Virus record (IMG/VR): IMGVR_UViG_2551306247_000001
Coordinates: 30,298 to 94,297 of that record
DNA: 64,000 nt
Strand: one strand, 5' to 3'
From: a virus
Taxonomy: Duplodnaviria; Caudoviricetes
The notes below the pieces were generated by a model. It was not told the origin of the DNA and made no database searches. It saw only the letters and a program-made list of their open reading frames with translations. The translations under genes and the position numbers were made by a program. Below are positions 39,111 through 50,218 of this stretch, piece by piece (position 1 is the stretch's first letter; every line of letters starts with the position of its first letter).

Positions 39111-39458
39111 ATGAAGGACACATTGACAAATTATTTCGGTGAAGTGAAGACCAAAGGCAGGAACTACTTGCTCAGTCTATCACTCTTTCTATCAGGCATC
39201 TTGACAAATACCGTCTATGCAGATGATCCTTTCGCAAAAACAGAAGAGTTAGCACAACAAGGTATTACTAAAGTGCAAGGAATTGGTATCGTGATGTTTG
39301 GATTGGCTGTTGTAGTGACTGGTCTAATCTATGGGTTCGGTGGTCGTGAACTTAAAGCAGGGATTAAGAAGCATTGGGTAGCTATTGCTATTGCGATTAT
39401 TGCTGTTTCTGCTGGACCAAGTATCATTGAGTGGTGCTTTAACTTTGTGAAGGGGTAA
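39111..39458 (+). CDS. VirB2/TrbC-like pilin
   Basis: Signal ending VYA-DD, then two hydrophobic helices; ATG 39111 after AAGGAGG. Confidence 0.7.
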   Translation: MKDTLTNYFGEVKTKGRNYLLSLSLFLSGILTNTVYADDPFAKTEELAQQGITKVQGIGIVMFGLAVVVTGLIYGFGGRELKAGIKKHWVAIAIAIIAVSAGPSIIEWCFNFVKG

Positions 39459-39468
39459 GGTGGTTACA

Positions 39469-40545
39469 ATGGCATTTATACCTTTTAAGAAAAGCAATAA
39501 ATGCTTGGTGACAGATGACTTATTTCTTGAAGTGATCTGGGAAGATGGTAAGTCTCCAGATGATGATAGTGAGCTTCTTGGTATTATTGAAGGACTGGAC
39601 CAACAGTATCTAGATTCCTTCCAGCATACCATTGAAGAGTCGCTACCTTATCTAACCTTCCTGCAAGCAGAACGACTATTTCAGGCTTTAAAAGAGGTTT
39701 ACGGTCAGGTGCAGCTGAAAAAGGTGGCTATTTGCCACCTGGAAGGAAGAGAGGCGGTCTCTGAAGGGGAAGTCTATGCCAGCTCTTTCATCATTGATCG
39801 TAGGTATCAGAATTTACTCTTACCACTGATTCAATCTATTATGACTGAACTAGATTTTCAGCATTATACTTACCAGGAAAAGCGTGAGTATTTCATCAAC
39901 CAGATTTATCCATCTTATAAAGCTAGTCTGGGGCTCCCAGAGTCAGCCCTGCCATTTTTTCCAGAAGAAGGGGAACAGGTGCTAGGTAACTCCTATCAAC
40001 CGAGTCCAGTATCGAGCGTTTCAATGAATGCAACTCCAACAGTCCCTCATCAAGCTCCTAAAACACAATCCCTGAAGAAGGTGTACCTACTCATGGGACT
40101 TATTGGAGTATTGGCTCTCGGAGGGATAGCTTCATCTATCATTGCATATACGCAACTGGCCAAGCAGAATGAACAGGTTGCTTATCTCTATCAAGAATTA
40201 AAGCATACCCAGCACTTAGTAAGTACGGAGCATCAAGTAGATGTCTTCAGTCGCTACTTTTTACCAAATTATTATTCTGGTCAAAAAGAAAACCTGGTGG
40301 ATTTTCTGTCTGATGGAGATGCAAAGTATACTGTCCCTAAAATAGGAACGCTGCAATCGGTGATTCTGGAGCAGATGACTTATGATTCAGATGCTAAGGA
40401 ATATCAAGTTACCTATGTTCTTGCCGTCAAGCAGGAGGAGAAGACCACAAGTCTACGCCTTAGTTTCACGGTCAAAGTCTCGGAATCTAGTAAATACGGT
40501 TTTGTGGTGACCACAGAGCCAATGGAAACCAGTTATCTTAAATAA
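39469..40545 (+). CDS. Conjugal transfer protein, VirB8/TcpC-like
   Basis: Single TM, short coiled coil, C-terminal VDVFSRYFL..Y...YQVTY NTF2-like region. Confidence 0.65.
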   Translation: MAFIPFKKSNKCLVTDDLFLEVIWEDGKSPDDDSELLGIIEGLDQQYLDSFQHTIEESLPYLTFLQAERLFQALKEVYGQVQLKKVAICHLEGREAVSEGEVYASSFIIDRRYQNLLLPLIQSIMTELDFQHYTYQEKREYFINQIYPSYKASLGLPESALPFFPEEGEQVLGNSYQPSPVSSVSMNATPTVPHQAPKTQSLKKVYLLMGLIGVLALGGIASSIIAYTQLAKQNEQVAYLYQELKHTQHLVSTEHQVDVFSRYFLPNYYSGQKENLVDFLSDGDAKYTVPKIGTLQSVILEQMTYDSDAKEYQVTYVLAVKQEEKTTSLRLSFTVKVSESSKYGFVVTTEPMETSYLK

Positions 40546-40557
40546 AAATGAAAGGAA

Positions 40558-41439
40558 ATGCAACATATGAGAACCAAGGACTTATATGATGAAAATAACA
40601 CACTGAAGCTAACCGTAGTATTTGGGTTGGCAACGGGGGCGGTCTTAACCTATGGTCAGCCTGCATATGCAGAGAACACCGCTTTAGAAACTTCTGCAAC
40701 GGAAGTTGTGGCACTGCCAACTGATCCAGTTACCCCTGTTCCAGCGGACAATGCGGGGGATGATTCACCAGCTGAGAGCGAAACGACTGTCGATGTTCCA
40801 ACTGTTCCAACTGATTCAACTGTTCCAATGACACCAACGAATACGACGGAAGAAATTCCAGTCGATCCGACATTGCCAACGGAAACTTCTGGTGAGACAA
40901 CAGAAACGTCTGAAGCACCAAAGGAGTCAGAAACTCCAACTACCCCAGGGATGACTGAGACACCAACTGACTCTACCGTTGTTCCTCCAAGCGAGCAACC
41001 AAACACAACAGAACCGTCAACGGCAGTTGTAACTGACAACCAGCCTACAACACCGACTACGCCACAAGCAACCGAAAATAACAACACTCAAACGGCACCA
41101 TTACAGCCTCAAGTAGATCCATCTCCTACGGTTGAAGAAGATTTTGAACCAATCGTAACGGACCAAGGCTACACTGTTATCAGTACTGAGAATAGTGTTG
41201 TTACGGTTGCTAACGTCGATGGTACAAAGTCGACAGGGAAAGCTGAAGACTTTGGTGGCGTAACTAATCAAAACGGAACCGTTTCTTTCATTACGAAAGA
41301 AGGGAAGAAGGAAACCTTGCCAGAAACAGGGGTGGTTGAAAATATAGCGCTAACCTTACTAGGATTTTTACTCCTACTATTTGGATTTACTATTTCTGGT
41401 AAAAATAATACGTCAGAATCACGCTACATTTACTTGTAA
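40558..41439 (+). CDS. Pro/Thr/Glu-rich LPXTG surface protein
   Basis: Signal peptide (PAYA), low-complexity stalk, LPETG plus TM. Confidence 0.82.
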   Translation: MQHMRTKDLYDENNTLKLTVVFGLATGAVLTYGQPAYAENTALETSATEVVALPTDPVTPVPADNAGDDSPAESETTVDVPTVPTDSTVPMTPTNTTEEIPVDPTLPTETSGETTETSEAPKESETPTTPGMTETPTDSTVVPPSEQPNTTEPSTAVVTDNQPTTPTTPQATENNNTQTAPLQPQVDPSPTVEEDFEPIVTDQGYTVISTENSVVTVANVDGTKSTGKAEDFGGVTNQNGTVSFITKEGKKETLPETGVVENIALTLLGFLLLLFGFTISGKNNTSESRYIYL

Positions 41440-41465
41440 AATCAGAAAAGGATGAGATTTAAGGT

Positions 41466-44400
41466 ATGAATAGAAAAGAACTTTTTAGCAAATCGGCAGA
41501 AACTCAAGCGCGGCAGCGTTTGGTAACCACGAAGGCTTATGGTCTCGTATCAACAATAGCTCTTGCAGGTGCCCTTACTGTTGCTGGCGCTAATACCGTA
41601 TCAGCAGATGAAGTAACGACATCAGTTGCGACGGAGACAGTGGTCACAACGGATAATCCAGCTACTAACCTGGTTGAAGTTCAGCCAGCTACACCAGTTG
41701 AAAATACAGACCTTCAAGCCCATGCCAATACAAATACCGGGGCAATTGTAACACCTGTTGAAACACCAGCGCTTGATCGAGCAGTTGCAGAGGCAGAGGC
41801 AAACGGTGTAGTTGTGACCAAGGGTGAAATAGCGGTCCATGATAGCCTTGAAGCCGCTCAAAATGATACTGCCAATCAGGAAGCAGCTGTAAAAAATGCA
41901 GAAGCCGAAAAGGTTGAAAACAACGAAGAAATCGCAGCCGCAAATGCTACGAATGCTCAAATCGATGCAGACAATGCAGCAGAGGCAAAACGTGTTGAAG
42001 AAGCCAATAAACAAGGTCAAGAAGCAACAGACCAGCGGAACAAAGCTGGCCAGGAAGCAGTAGAGGCACGTAACAAAGCAGGTCAAGAAGCAGTTGATAA
42101 ACGCAATCAGGTGAAACTGGATGATATTGAAGCAGAAAAGTTAGCAGTTGAGGAACGCAATAAGGCTGGTCAAGCAGTGACAGACCAACGAAATAAGTTG
42201 GGCCAAGAAGCAGTTGATAAACGCAACGCAAACGCTCTGGCAGAATGGGAAGCTAACAAAGAAACCACCATCGCAGCTGATGCAGCAGCACTGGTTGGCT
42301 ATAACGAACGTAAAAAAGCAAATGAAGAAGCTAACGCAAAAGGTCAAGCTGAAACTGATGCCAAAAATGCAGCATTGAAGGCTGAGTATGACGAAGCTAT
42401 CAAAGAGTACAATGACTTGCTTGCTGAAAATGATGAAATTCAGAAACGGAACGATGCCGCTGCAGCCGTCGCAAAAGCAGAAAATGAACGTTTGCAGGCG
42501 GAGTATCAGAAAAAGTTGGCAGATATGCTGGCCAAAACCAAGGAAGATGGGTATGCAACTCAGGTTTTAGTACAAAATTTGAATCTTGCAGATGATGAAT
42601 TAAATTCGGTAGTGAGTCTTTCTGGTTCAAAAGGTTTCATTGTCGAAACCACAGAACAAAATGTATATTTATTGTCTCAAAATGCATTAAATGGCCGATT
42701 AGACATTTCGTCAACGGTTACTAAAATGTCTATTCCTAATAAACAAACTTGGGTAGAATATGGCTTGATTGTACCTAGTGGCCAAACGGTTGTAGCTACG
42801 TTTACAGGTCTTGAAAAATCAACCTATAATGGGGAATTTATCTCTAGCATTAAAATGACAATTACTCCAACATCAAATGATGGTTCAGATTTAATTGTAT
42901 TTTTAAGTGACAAAATCACAAATGGTTATGAAGTGTATTCTGTTGTGGCTAATCAGAGAGAAGAAGTCACTTTACAGTTTTTTGATGCTGGAGGGAACAT
43001 TATTTCATTTAGTGAAGCCAGTCCTGCTCTTTTTGGTTTTGGTAGTTTGAATAGACATCCTGGCTCACTTGAGTATATTTCTGATTATAACTTTGATTTT
43101 GTTGCAATCAATGGTTCTTCGATTACAGAACATGTAGATGGTATTTATGCTGATGGAGATAATGATTATAGAGCTAATGGGTCAAGGTATGATAATCATG
43201 AATGGGATCCAGATGGTTCTCCTTTAGCGTATTATGGCGCTGGGATTGGAGTAGTTACTTCTGGTGATACAGTGCGCTTTTCTGGGGGCAATAGAGAGTT
43301 TGTAGGGCACTGGACAGATATTTCAAGCAAGGTCGCAGCACCAACAGTCACACCACCACCTCCTCTTAAAGAAGTAACCCCAGAGAAGCTGAAACCAGTT
43401 CCTGCTACACCACCAAAACTTGAAACGGTAACCTTTAACCCAACACCGTTCAATGAAGAACCACCAACGCCATCTAAAATTCCACACGAACCTACGTTTG
43501 AAACGTTCACTCCAGAGGTCTTTACCCCTGAAACGTACACGCCCACGCCGTATACTCCTGAAGTCTTTGTTCCTGAAACATTTACCCCAGAGGTATATAA
43601 TCCAATCACACCAGTTGTGAAGCAACATGTACCTATTCCAGAAGCGAAAACCATTAAAGCAACGGTCCATCCAGTTGCGGTCAAGGATGCTCCTGCTATC
43701 ACAAAAGATGTTGTCAATGCCGAAGGAACTAGCATCGATGGTGAGCTGGTTGCGAAAAATTCAACTGAGACGTGGGTACTCAATCCAGGTACACTGAAGG
43801 CTGGTCGGGAAGCAATGACTTCCGTTGTCCTATTAGATCCTTTCCCAGCTGGAACAAAAATCCTCAAAGATGATACCGCTAAACTTAGTCCAGAATGGTT
43901 AGTTTCCTATGATGAAACTGGCAAGGCAAGTGTGACTCTGTCTGCAAACGGACTTGCCAAAGTCAACGCAGACCTGTCTAAAGATTTCGTCCTCCCGACA
44001 TTTAATGCCGTCTTCACGGTATTGAATGATGCTGCAACGTACAAGAACACTTACACACTGACGTTGACAACTAAGTCAGGCAAGACCTATACGGCAACGT
44101 CTAACACGCCAGTGATCTACACACCAGGTTCTGAGACTCGTACCTACAACGGTAACATAGTCGTGCGCTACTTTGACGAAGATACAAACAAGAAAATTGC
44201 ACCAAACCAAGTAGACCTTGAGGATGCCAAGGTTGGCACAGTATACAATACCACGGACCAAAAACAAGAAGTCATCGCCTATAAAGGCAACTTGTACAAA
44301 CTTACTTCAAAAGTTGTCGGTACTGAAACTGGTAAGGTCACTGACGGAACTATCTATGTTGATTACTTCTACAAAGTGGTTGAAAATGAACGAGGTAAAG

Positions 44401-45893
44401 GTAACGTAGTCATCCACTATGTGAACGAAGATGAAAAGACAATCGCAAATGATGTTGTAGACTCTTCAAATGTTCCAACAGGTACAAGCTACGATACCAC
44501 GGACCACAAACCAGGAAGAATTACAACTGAAGATGGAATCGAGTATGAACTGGTTCCTGAAAAGACAATTGGTCAGGAAACTGGAGAAGTTATCGAAGGG
44601 ACAACAGAAGTGACCTACGTTTACAAGCGTATCACACCACGTCCAGAGACACCAACTCCAAATGATAGCTTGATTGAGCCAGAGAAACACCTTTACCAAG
44701 TGGGCCAGATAAGCGAAGCTAATTTGGATGGTCTTCAGTTACTTCCAAACAAATCCTATTCCTATACCGCTGTCACAGACAACAATCAATATAAAGGGCT
44801 AAAAGCAACTCAGGGAGAAATTCTCAAAGGCTTCCTACCACTGGTTGATGATCCTCAAGACAATACAGTTCTGTTTGACTTCTCTACCCTGAAGACAACC
44901 CTAGCTGATGGCCGTGATGTATCTTCTGACTTTGAAGTGCGGTCTTATGAAAGTCTTGAAAAAGCGGATGCTGAAGTTGCAGCTATCCTAAAAGCCGCTG
45001 GCATTACCCCAGAAGGATATTTCTCAGTTGTAGTTCCTAAAGGTCTTGATTTTGAAGGCTACTTTAACAAGTACGTGTTCACTGGTTTGAACCTGTTCCA
45101 TACTTTTGATGTGAAAACAGGGGATTACATTGGAGACTTTAGCAATAAAGTATGGCAAGTCGACTTTGGAAATGGCTACGCAGGCAATACGGTAGAAAAC
45201 AATGTGCCAAAACTAGATGGTATTAAGAAAATCCTGGAATCAATCGGATCTAATAAAGACCTGACAGGCGGTACTATTGAATTGGGCCAAACCTACCCAG
45301 CTAGACTTTCTTTCCCAGTTGTCAAGACAACGATTGATGGCAAATTGAAATCACTATACGGAATCGAAAACTTCGATGAAAACTTTGACGAGTACAACGG
45401 TGAGTTTTATGCTTTTGCTTCTGGTGATATGAAGCTCAAAGACGGTTCGATCATTAAACTAGATGAAGAACTGACTCGCTACATTGTCCAAGAGTTGATT
45501 CGAGATGAAAAGACAGGCCAAGTCGTGGCGGTTAAGTACACTGTGAATCCTGAGTTCTATGACCTTCTAGCAGAAGGAGAAGAAATCAAAATCGATGTCT
45601 ACTCAATGTTGAAACGTATCGCTTACGGTGAAAATATTGAAAATGAGTGGATAGTCTATGTTAACGATGTTGAAGTAGATAAGGATATTGTTACGACCAA
45701 CACACCTAAGCCTAAGGAAGAAACGCCAGAGGTACCAGAAACTCCTGTTACTCCAGGAACGCCAGTAGCTCGTGCGCAGACACTCCCTTCAACAGGTGAA
45801 GAAAGCTCTATGGCTTTGGCTTCCCTCGGTGCAAGTATGGCAATCGCAGGGCTTGGATTGGCTCGTCGCAAGCGTGATTCTGAAGTTGATTAG
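41466..45893 (+). CDS. Antigen I/II-family adhesin with two MucBP-like inserts
   Basis: Signal peptide, Ala-rich repeats, V domain (YYGAG), Pro-rich repeats, C domains (WQVDFGNGY), LPSTG anchor. Confidence 0.88.
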   Translation: MNRKELFSKSAETQARQRLVTTKAYGLVSTIALAGALTVAGANTVSADEVTTSVATETVVTTDNPATNLVEVQPATPVENTDLQAHANTNTGAIVTPVETPALDRAVAEAEANGVVVTKGEIAVHDSLEAAQNDTANQEAAVKNAEAEKVENNEEIAAANATNAQIDADNAAEAKRVEEANKQGQEATDQRNKAGQEAVEARNKAGQEAVDKRNQVKLDDIEAEKLAVEERNKAGQAVTDQRNKLGQEAVDKRNANALAEWEANKETTIAADAAALVGYNERKKANEEANAKGQAETDAKNAALKAEYDEAIKEYNDLLAENDEIQKRNDAAAAVAKAENERLQAEYQKKLADMLAKTKEDGYATQVLVQNLNLADDELNSVVSLSGSKGFIVETTEQNVYLLSQNALNGRLDISSTVTKMSIPNKQTWVEYGLIVPSGQTVVATFTGLEKSTYNGEFISSIKMTITPTSNDGSDLIVFLSDKITNGYEVYSVVANQREEVTLQFFDAGGNIISFSEASPALFGFGSLNRHPGSLEYISDYNFDFVAINGSSITEHVDGIYADGDNDYRANGSRYDNHEWDPDGSPLAYYGAGIGVVTSGDTVRFSGGNREFVGHWTDISSKVAAPTVTPPPPLKEVTPEKLKPVPATPPKLETVTFNPTPFNEEPPTPSKIPHEPTFETFTPEVFTPETYTPTPYTPEVFVPETFTPEVYNPITPVVKQHVPIPEAKTIKATVHPVAVKDAPAITKDVVNAEGTSIDGELVAKNSTETWVLNPGTLKAGREAMTSVVLLDPFPAGTKILKDDTAKLSPEWLVSYDETGKASVTLSANGLAKVNADLSKDFVLPTFNAVFTVLNDAATYKNTYTLTLTTKSGKTYTATSNTPVIYTPGSETRTYNGNIVVRYFDEDTNKKIAPNQVDLEDAKVGTVYNTTDQKQEVIAYKGNLYKLTSKVVGTETGKVTDGTIYVDYFYKVVENERGKGNVVIHYVNEDEKTIANDVVDSSNVPTGTSYDTTDHKPGRITTEDGIEYELVPEKTIGQETGEVIEGTTEVTYVYKRITPRPETPTPNDSLIEPEKHLYQVGQISEANLDGLQLLPNKSYSYTAVTDNNQYKGLKATQGEILKGFLPLVDDPQDNTVLFDFSTLKTTLADGRDVSSDFEVRSYESLEKADAEVAAILKAAGITPEGYFSVVVPKGLDFEGYFNKYVFTGLNLFHTFDVKTGDYIGDFSNKVWQVDFGNGYAGNTVENNVPKLDGIKKILESIGSNKDLTGGTIELGQTYPARLSFPVVKTTIDGKLKSLYGIENFDENFDEYNGEFYAFASGDMKLKDGSIIKLDEELTRYIVQELIRDEKTGQVVAVKYTVNPEFYDLLAEGEEIKIDVYSMLKRIAYGENIENEWIVYVNDVEVDKDIVTTNTPKPKEETPEVPETPVTPGTPVARAQTLPSTGEESSMALASLGASMAIAGLGLARRKRDSEVD

Positions 45894-45900
45894 TCTTTAA

Positions 45901-45942
45901 TTGCAAAGATCCAGGTTCTTACAGGACTTGGATTTTTTGCAA
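45901..45942 (+). terminator. Hairpin terminator
   Basis: ATCCAGGTTCT-TAC-AGGACTTGGAT followed by a T run. Confidence 0.7.
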
Positions 45943-45972
45943 AAAGTCAATGATAAAAAAAAATAAAAATAG

Positions 45973-46001
45973 TTGACTTTGCAGATTTTATAGTGTATAA
46001 T
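45973..46001 (+). promoter_or_regulatory. Consensus sigma-A promoter for the surface-exclusion operon
   Basis: TTGACT-17-TATAAT with an A-rich UP region. Confidence 0.75.
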
Positions 46002-46061
46002 AATATTGTCCTAGAAAAAGTGTAGGGTAAATAACAGCAACTGAGAAAGGGGGGAGCTTTA

Positions 46062-46418
46062 TTGAAAAAGTTGCATCTCAAGCTATCCAGTAAGGCTCAT
46101 GCAAGATTAACCAAATATATTGAAGAGCAGTACACAGTGCTTGAAACCACTAGAAGTAGGGATGGAACCTTGGAGATGACCATTAGGTCTAGGAGTGAAA
46201 AACCTCCTGAGGTGGAGGAAGCTCTAGTAAACGAATATCTCGCCTGGAAAAAGTTAAAACAAGAGAACCCTTCAGTTGGAACGTGGTACCATGTCCGACA
46301 TGGAGAACCTTACGGGTTATCTGGATGGCAAGTTAAACGCATTCTAGAGAAAGCTGGGGTGTATGATCCTAGCTTACAAAATGGAACACACTATAAAATC
46401 AAAAATAAAGAAAGTTAA
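46062..46418 (+). CDS. Hypothetical protein, possibly DNA-binding
   Basis: TTG start after GGGGGAG; RHH-like N-terminus, HTH-like YGLSGWQVKRIL. Confidence 0.55.
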   Translation: MKKLHLKLSSKAHARLTKYIEEQYTVLETTRSRDGTLEMTIRSRSEKPPEVEEALVNEYLAWKKLKQENPSVGTWYHVRHGEPYGLSGWQVKRILEKAGVYDPSLQNGTHYKIKNKES

Positions 46419-46430
46419 ATAGGTGATAAA

Positions 46431-48995
46431 ATGGAAAAGAAATTAGTTAAAGGTTTGGCAGCTGTGGGTCTCTTGACTCTTGGATTAGGTTCTGTGACAA
46501 CTTATGCAGAAGAAACTACACTAACTCCAGAAGTTGACAATGCTCCAGAAACTGTACAAGCTGAGAAGGTTGCTGATGCAACTGTGACAGCAGAACAAGT
46601 TTCAGAAGCGAAAGCAGAATTGGATGGCACTACGCAAGAGGTAACTAAGGCACAAGCTGTTGAGCAAACTGCTCAAGAGCAAGCAACTCAAGCTAACAAA
46701 GACGTAGAGCAAGCCCAATCAGAAGTGACTGAAGCACAAGCTCTTGTAGCTGAAGTGACACCTGAAGTGATTGCAGTACAAGAAACTAAGGTAGTAGATA
46801 CAAAGGCAGCAGTAACCCAAGCTGAAGAAGCGGTAACAGCTGCTGAATCATCTGTGACAGAATCAAAAGGCGCAGTAACTCGACAACAGACCGTTGTTGC
46901 TGAAGCGGAAAAAACTGTTTCCAAAGAGCAGGCCGATGTAGACCAAGCACAAGCTGAAGTTGACAATGCTCAAGCTATCCTAGATGGTACTGGACAGTCT
47001 AAGCTCATTGCAGAGAAAGAAGCAGCAGAGATTGCCGTTGCTGAAGCGGAAGCTGCTGTAACAGTAGCTGAAGGTGACCTGACAGTAGCGCAAGAAGCGG
47101 AAAAAACACGTGCCATCATGCTTGATGCCAGCGAAACAAGTCTCAGAAACAGAGGAGTTGACGTGGCTAACGCCAAGCAAGCTCTGGATCAATCAAACGT
47201 GACCGCTCAAAATGCAGCAACTGCCTTGTCAGAAGCGAACAAAGACTTGGCAGCAGCAACACAATTGGTTGACAGTTTGACTAAGGAATTGGCTAGCAAG
47301 AATACCATCACAGTTCCATCAGGATATGCGGAGGCACTTAAAGCATTTGCAGCTGATAAATCAGAAAGCAACAAGACTGCGGTCGCTAACGCTTCAGCAA
47401 CTGGAGTTTCGCTAAACCAGTTCAAGTCACTGGATAGGGACAAGAAAATTGTGATTTCTGATATCAATAACTTGTCTCAAGCGCAACGTGAGGAGTTGAC
47501 ACTTTTTGCGGTTGACTTGATGAACCAAGTTCGCAAACAAGTAGGTACTTCAGCTGTTGTTGCTAATCTGTCTGCTATCTCATTTGCAGATGATGTAGCA
47601 AATACTTCAAAATCTTTGGGCCATGACTTGCAAGCTATCCCAGCTGCAGCAGGCAGAAAAGGATTAGACGGTACAGATGGCGTAAACTACTATGAGAACT
47701 TCTCATCTGGTTACTTTGATCCACGACAAACTGTCACGATGGATGACCTGAAGAAAGCAGTCTACAACACGATTTCTGAAATGCTGTTTGATGATGCAGA
47801 CTCAAATTGGGGCCATTCAACTTCACTTGCAGGAGTTCGTGCCACAACAAGCTCAAAATATATCGGTCTCGACGTGAGCAAACTTGAATATGAGTTCTCA
47901 ACTGGAAATACAATACCACTTGGACGAGTTCATATCCTGGGAGTATCTGATACTCAAATTGAAGATACTAGCATGTTTGATACCACTTCAAACCTATCAT
48001 CACGTAACATTGATAATGAGTTAGCGGCAGCTAAGTCTGCTCAATCAACTGCCCAAGTAACTCTCTCAAAAGCTCAAACAGCAGACTCTGATGCTAAAGC
48101 TGCGCAAACCTTAGCTCAGAGCAATTACAGCAGCGCTCTAGTTGCTCAAACAAGAGCACAGGAGGAACTTTCCTACTGGCAAAATAAAACAGTACAAACT
48201 CCTGGAGCCCTTGCAGCACTTCAAACTGCTAAAGATAACCTGACAGCTGCAGAAGAACGTGCTAAGGCAGCACAGGATTCGGTAAATGCTTTCTCAGCCG
48301 ACGTTGCGACTAAAAAAGCTAACCTTGATGAGAAGAAGGCTAAATTAGCAACTCAAAAAGCAGAGTTGCAAACTGTTAAAGCTAACTTGGATAAAGAAAA
48401 GCAAAAGCTTGAAAACTTGCAGGCTAAAGTCACTGAGTTTGAATCAACTCTTGCAAAAGCTAAGTCAGCTCTTGCAACCGCAAAATCTAACCAAGCAGCA
48501 AGTGAGAAACGCTTGAATGACTTGCTAAATGCTGATGACGTTCTTGCCAAAGCGCAAGCGAAATTAGATGCTGCTAAAGCTACCTTGGCAGAAAAAGCGG
48601 AGGCACTTGAAAAAGCTAAGTCAGTCCTTGCTGACTTGCTCGAAAAACAAACGATTGATCAAAAGAATTACGATATCCTTTTGGCCCGCTTTACAGCACA
48701 GGAAGAAGCGAAGCGTCAAGCAGAACTAGAAGCCAAACGAGTAGCCCTTGAGACAACAGGACAAGTTGCTATTCCAGTTGTAGATGCAGCAGGTAAAATT
48801 GTTGATTACGTGGCTGGTAACAAGCCAGCACCAGCAGGAACAACAAAAACTGTTGCTCGTCCAGTTTCTACCTCATCTAGCAAGAAGGCAGCATTGCCTG
48901 AAACAGGTGATGCAGGAAGCATGGGACTTCTGGCAGTAGGTTTGATGACTTTGTTCTCAGCAGTTGGTTTGGTAGACAAACGTAAGAAAGGTTAA
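46431..48995 (+). CDS. Surface exclusion protein, Sec10/PrgA-like
   Basis: Signal peptide, long coiled coils, central domain (YYEN..LFDDADSNWGH), LPETG anchor. Confidence 0.85.
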   Translation: MEKKLVKGLAAVGLLTLGLGSVTTYAEETTLTPEVDNAPETVQAEKVADATVTAEQVSEAKAELDGTTQEVTKAQAVEQTAQEQATQANKDVEQAQSEVTEAQALVAEVTPEVIAVQETKVVDTKAAVTQAEEAVTAAESSVTESKGAVTRQQTVVAEAEKTVSKEQADVDQAQAEVDNAQAILDGTGQSKLIAEKEAAEIAVAEAEAAVTVAEGDLTVAQEAEKTRAIMLDASETSLRNRGVDVANAKQALDQSNVTAQNAATALSEANKDLAAATQLVDSLTKELASKNTITVPSGYAEALKAFAADKSESNKTAVANASATGVSLNQFKSLDRDKKIVISDINNLSQAQREELTLFAVDLMNQVRKQVGTSAVVANLSAISFADDVANTSKSLGHDLQAIPAAAGRKGLDGTDGVNYYENFSSGYFDPRQTVTMDDLKKAVYNTISEMLFDDADSNWGHSTSLAGVRATTSSKYIGLDVSKLEYEFSTGNTIPLGRVHILGVSDTQIEDTSMFDTTSNLSSRNIDNELAAAKSAQSTAQVTLSKAQTADSDAKAAQTLAQSNYSSALVAQTRAQEELSYWQNKTVQTPGALAALQTAKDNLTAAEERAKAAQDSVNAFSADVATKKANLDEKKAKLATQKAELQTVKANLDKEKQKLENLQAKVTEFESTLAKAKSALATAKSNQAASEKRLNDLLNADDVLAKAQAKLDAAKATLAEKAEALEKAKSVLADLLEKQTIDQKNYDILLARFTAQEEAKRQAELEAKRVALETTGQVAIPVVDAAGKIVDYVAGNKPAPAGTTKTVARPVSTSSSKKAALPETGDAGSMGLLAVGLMTLFSAVGLVDKRKKG

Positions 48996-48998
48996 TCA

Positions 48999-49637
48999 AT
49001 GCTAGAACTGTTGATTTTTTCAAAAAAGGTGACGAAGATTGTCAGACCTTTGCTTGTATCACTTATTTTGGTCGCAGCGGCAGCTTATGTCGTTACGACC
49101 TATACAAGTGAAGAGATTGCTGAAATCATCAAGTGGGGTACCCTTGGAATGTCCGCTATTTTGTTGGTCATTGGCAGCATTGTCGCAAGCGTAACCGAGG
49201 ATTACCGTCGCTATATCAAGTACCCATATCGGTTGATTCTGTGGAGCGCCTCTCTGACTTTGTTGGGAATATTGTTATGGCAGACTGACGGAGTTCTTAT
49301 CCTAGTAAATTCTGTCCCGTATCTGGTGGGGGCTTGGATTGTTCTTACGCTCTACCATAGACAATTTAAGCGATTGATTACAAGTCTTGTCTTGAAATCT
49401 GAGCTTGATGACGAGCTGGACTACATTCCACACGATATTGAGAAGTCAGCAGCGATGGTAGCCAGTCAGATGGGAAATTCCATTAAAGAAAAGTACCGAA
49501 GTAAAATTAAGACAGTAGCCCTCACTCCAGGTAGGAACGGAGACACAAAGCTGATGGATTTTCCAGTCGGATTTGTGACAAATAAAAAGCGCCCTTCAGT
49601 ACTATTTGAATTGATCGCAGCACTAGAAATGGAGTGA
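48999..49637 (+). CDS. Membrane protein
   Basis: Four TM helices. Confidence 0.7.
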   Translation: MLELLIFSKKVTKIVRPLLVSLILVAAAAYVVTTYTSEEIAEIIKWGTLGMSAILLVIGSIVASVTEDYRRYIKYPYRLILWSASLTLLGILLWQTDGVLILVNSVPYLVGAWIVLTLYHRQFKRLITSLVLKSELDDELDYIPHDIEKSAAMVASQMGNSIKEKYRSKIKTVALTPGRNGDTKLMDFPVGFVTNKKRPSVLFELIAALEME

Positions 49638-49640
49638 GAA

Positions 49641-50204
49641 ATGACAGAACAGCAAAAAGCAGTTATTACCAAGGAACAAGCTAGATTTTTGGCACATCTT
49701 GAGCTGAAAAGCTATGCTGTCAAAATGGATGCCATTGCCAGAGCAAATACAGAACTGACTTTTCAGAGTGATTATGACCGAGAAGAGTTTGTGAAGGCAG
49801 TCATGGCAGATGATTGGGTCATTGACACGGGCCATTATTTAATCAATGTATTGGCTCCTTTGCAGGAAAAAGGCTTTATCACTGCAACCACAAATAATAA
49901 TCCATTATCAGGCGAAGTTGTGTATACTGTCACGGCCGACGTGGCGAAGGCGGCACTCTTTACCGAGGAGGAACTTGGAAGCATTAAAGCCTTGCAGCCA
50001 TACGTTAAGACAGAATTTTTGATAGCGGAGTATGATGCCATTAAACGCTATGGCCATGTGATGGACTGGTTGAATGAAGCTGACCAGGGACCTGGGACAG
50101 TAGAGGAAAGCGAAGTAGCTTCTCCAGAAGGATTGACTGTTGCAGATTCCAGTTCGGAGGAGCCAACGGTACACCATGCCAAAGCCAATTATCGTATCAA
50201 GTAA
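49641..50204 (+). CDS. Hypothetical protein
   Basis: 187 aa, in operon. Confidence 0.65.
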   Translation: MTEQQKAVITKEQARFLAHLELKSYAVKMDAIARANTELTFQSDYDREEFVKAVMADDWVIDTGHYLINVLAPLQEKGFITATTNNNPLSGEVVYTVTADVAKAALFTEEELGSIKALQPYVKTEFLIAEYDAIKRYGHVMDWLNEADQGPGTVEESEVASPEGLTVADSSSEEPTVHHAKANYRIK

Positions 50205-50218
50205 GAGGAGGAGAAGAG

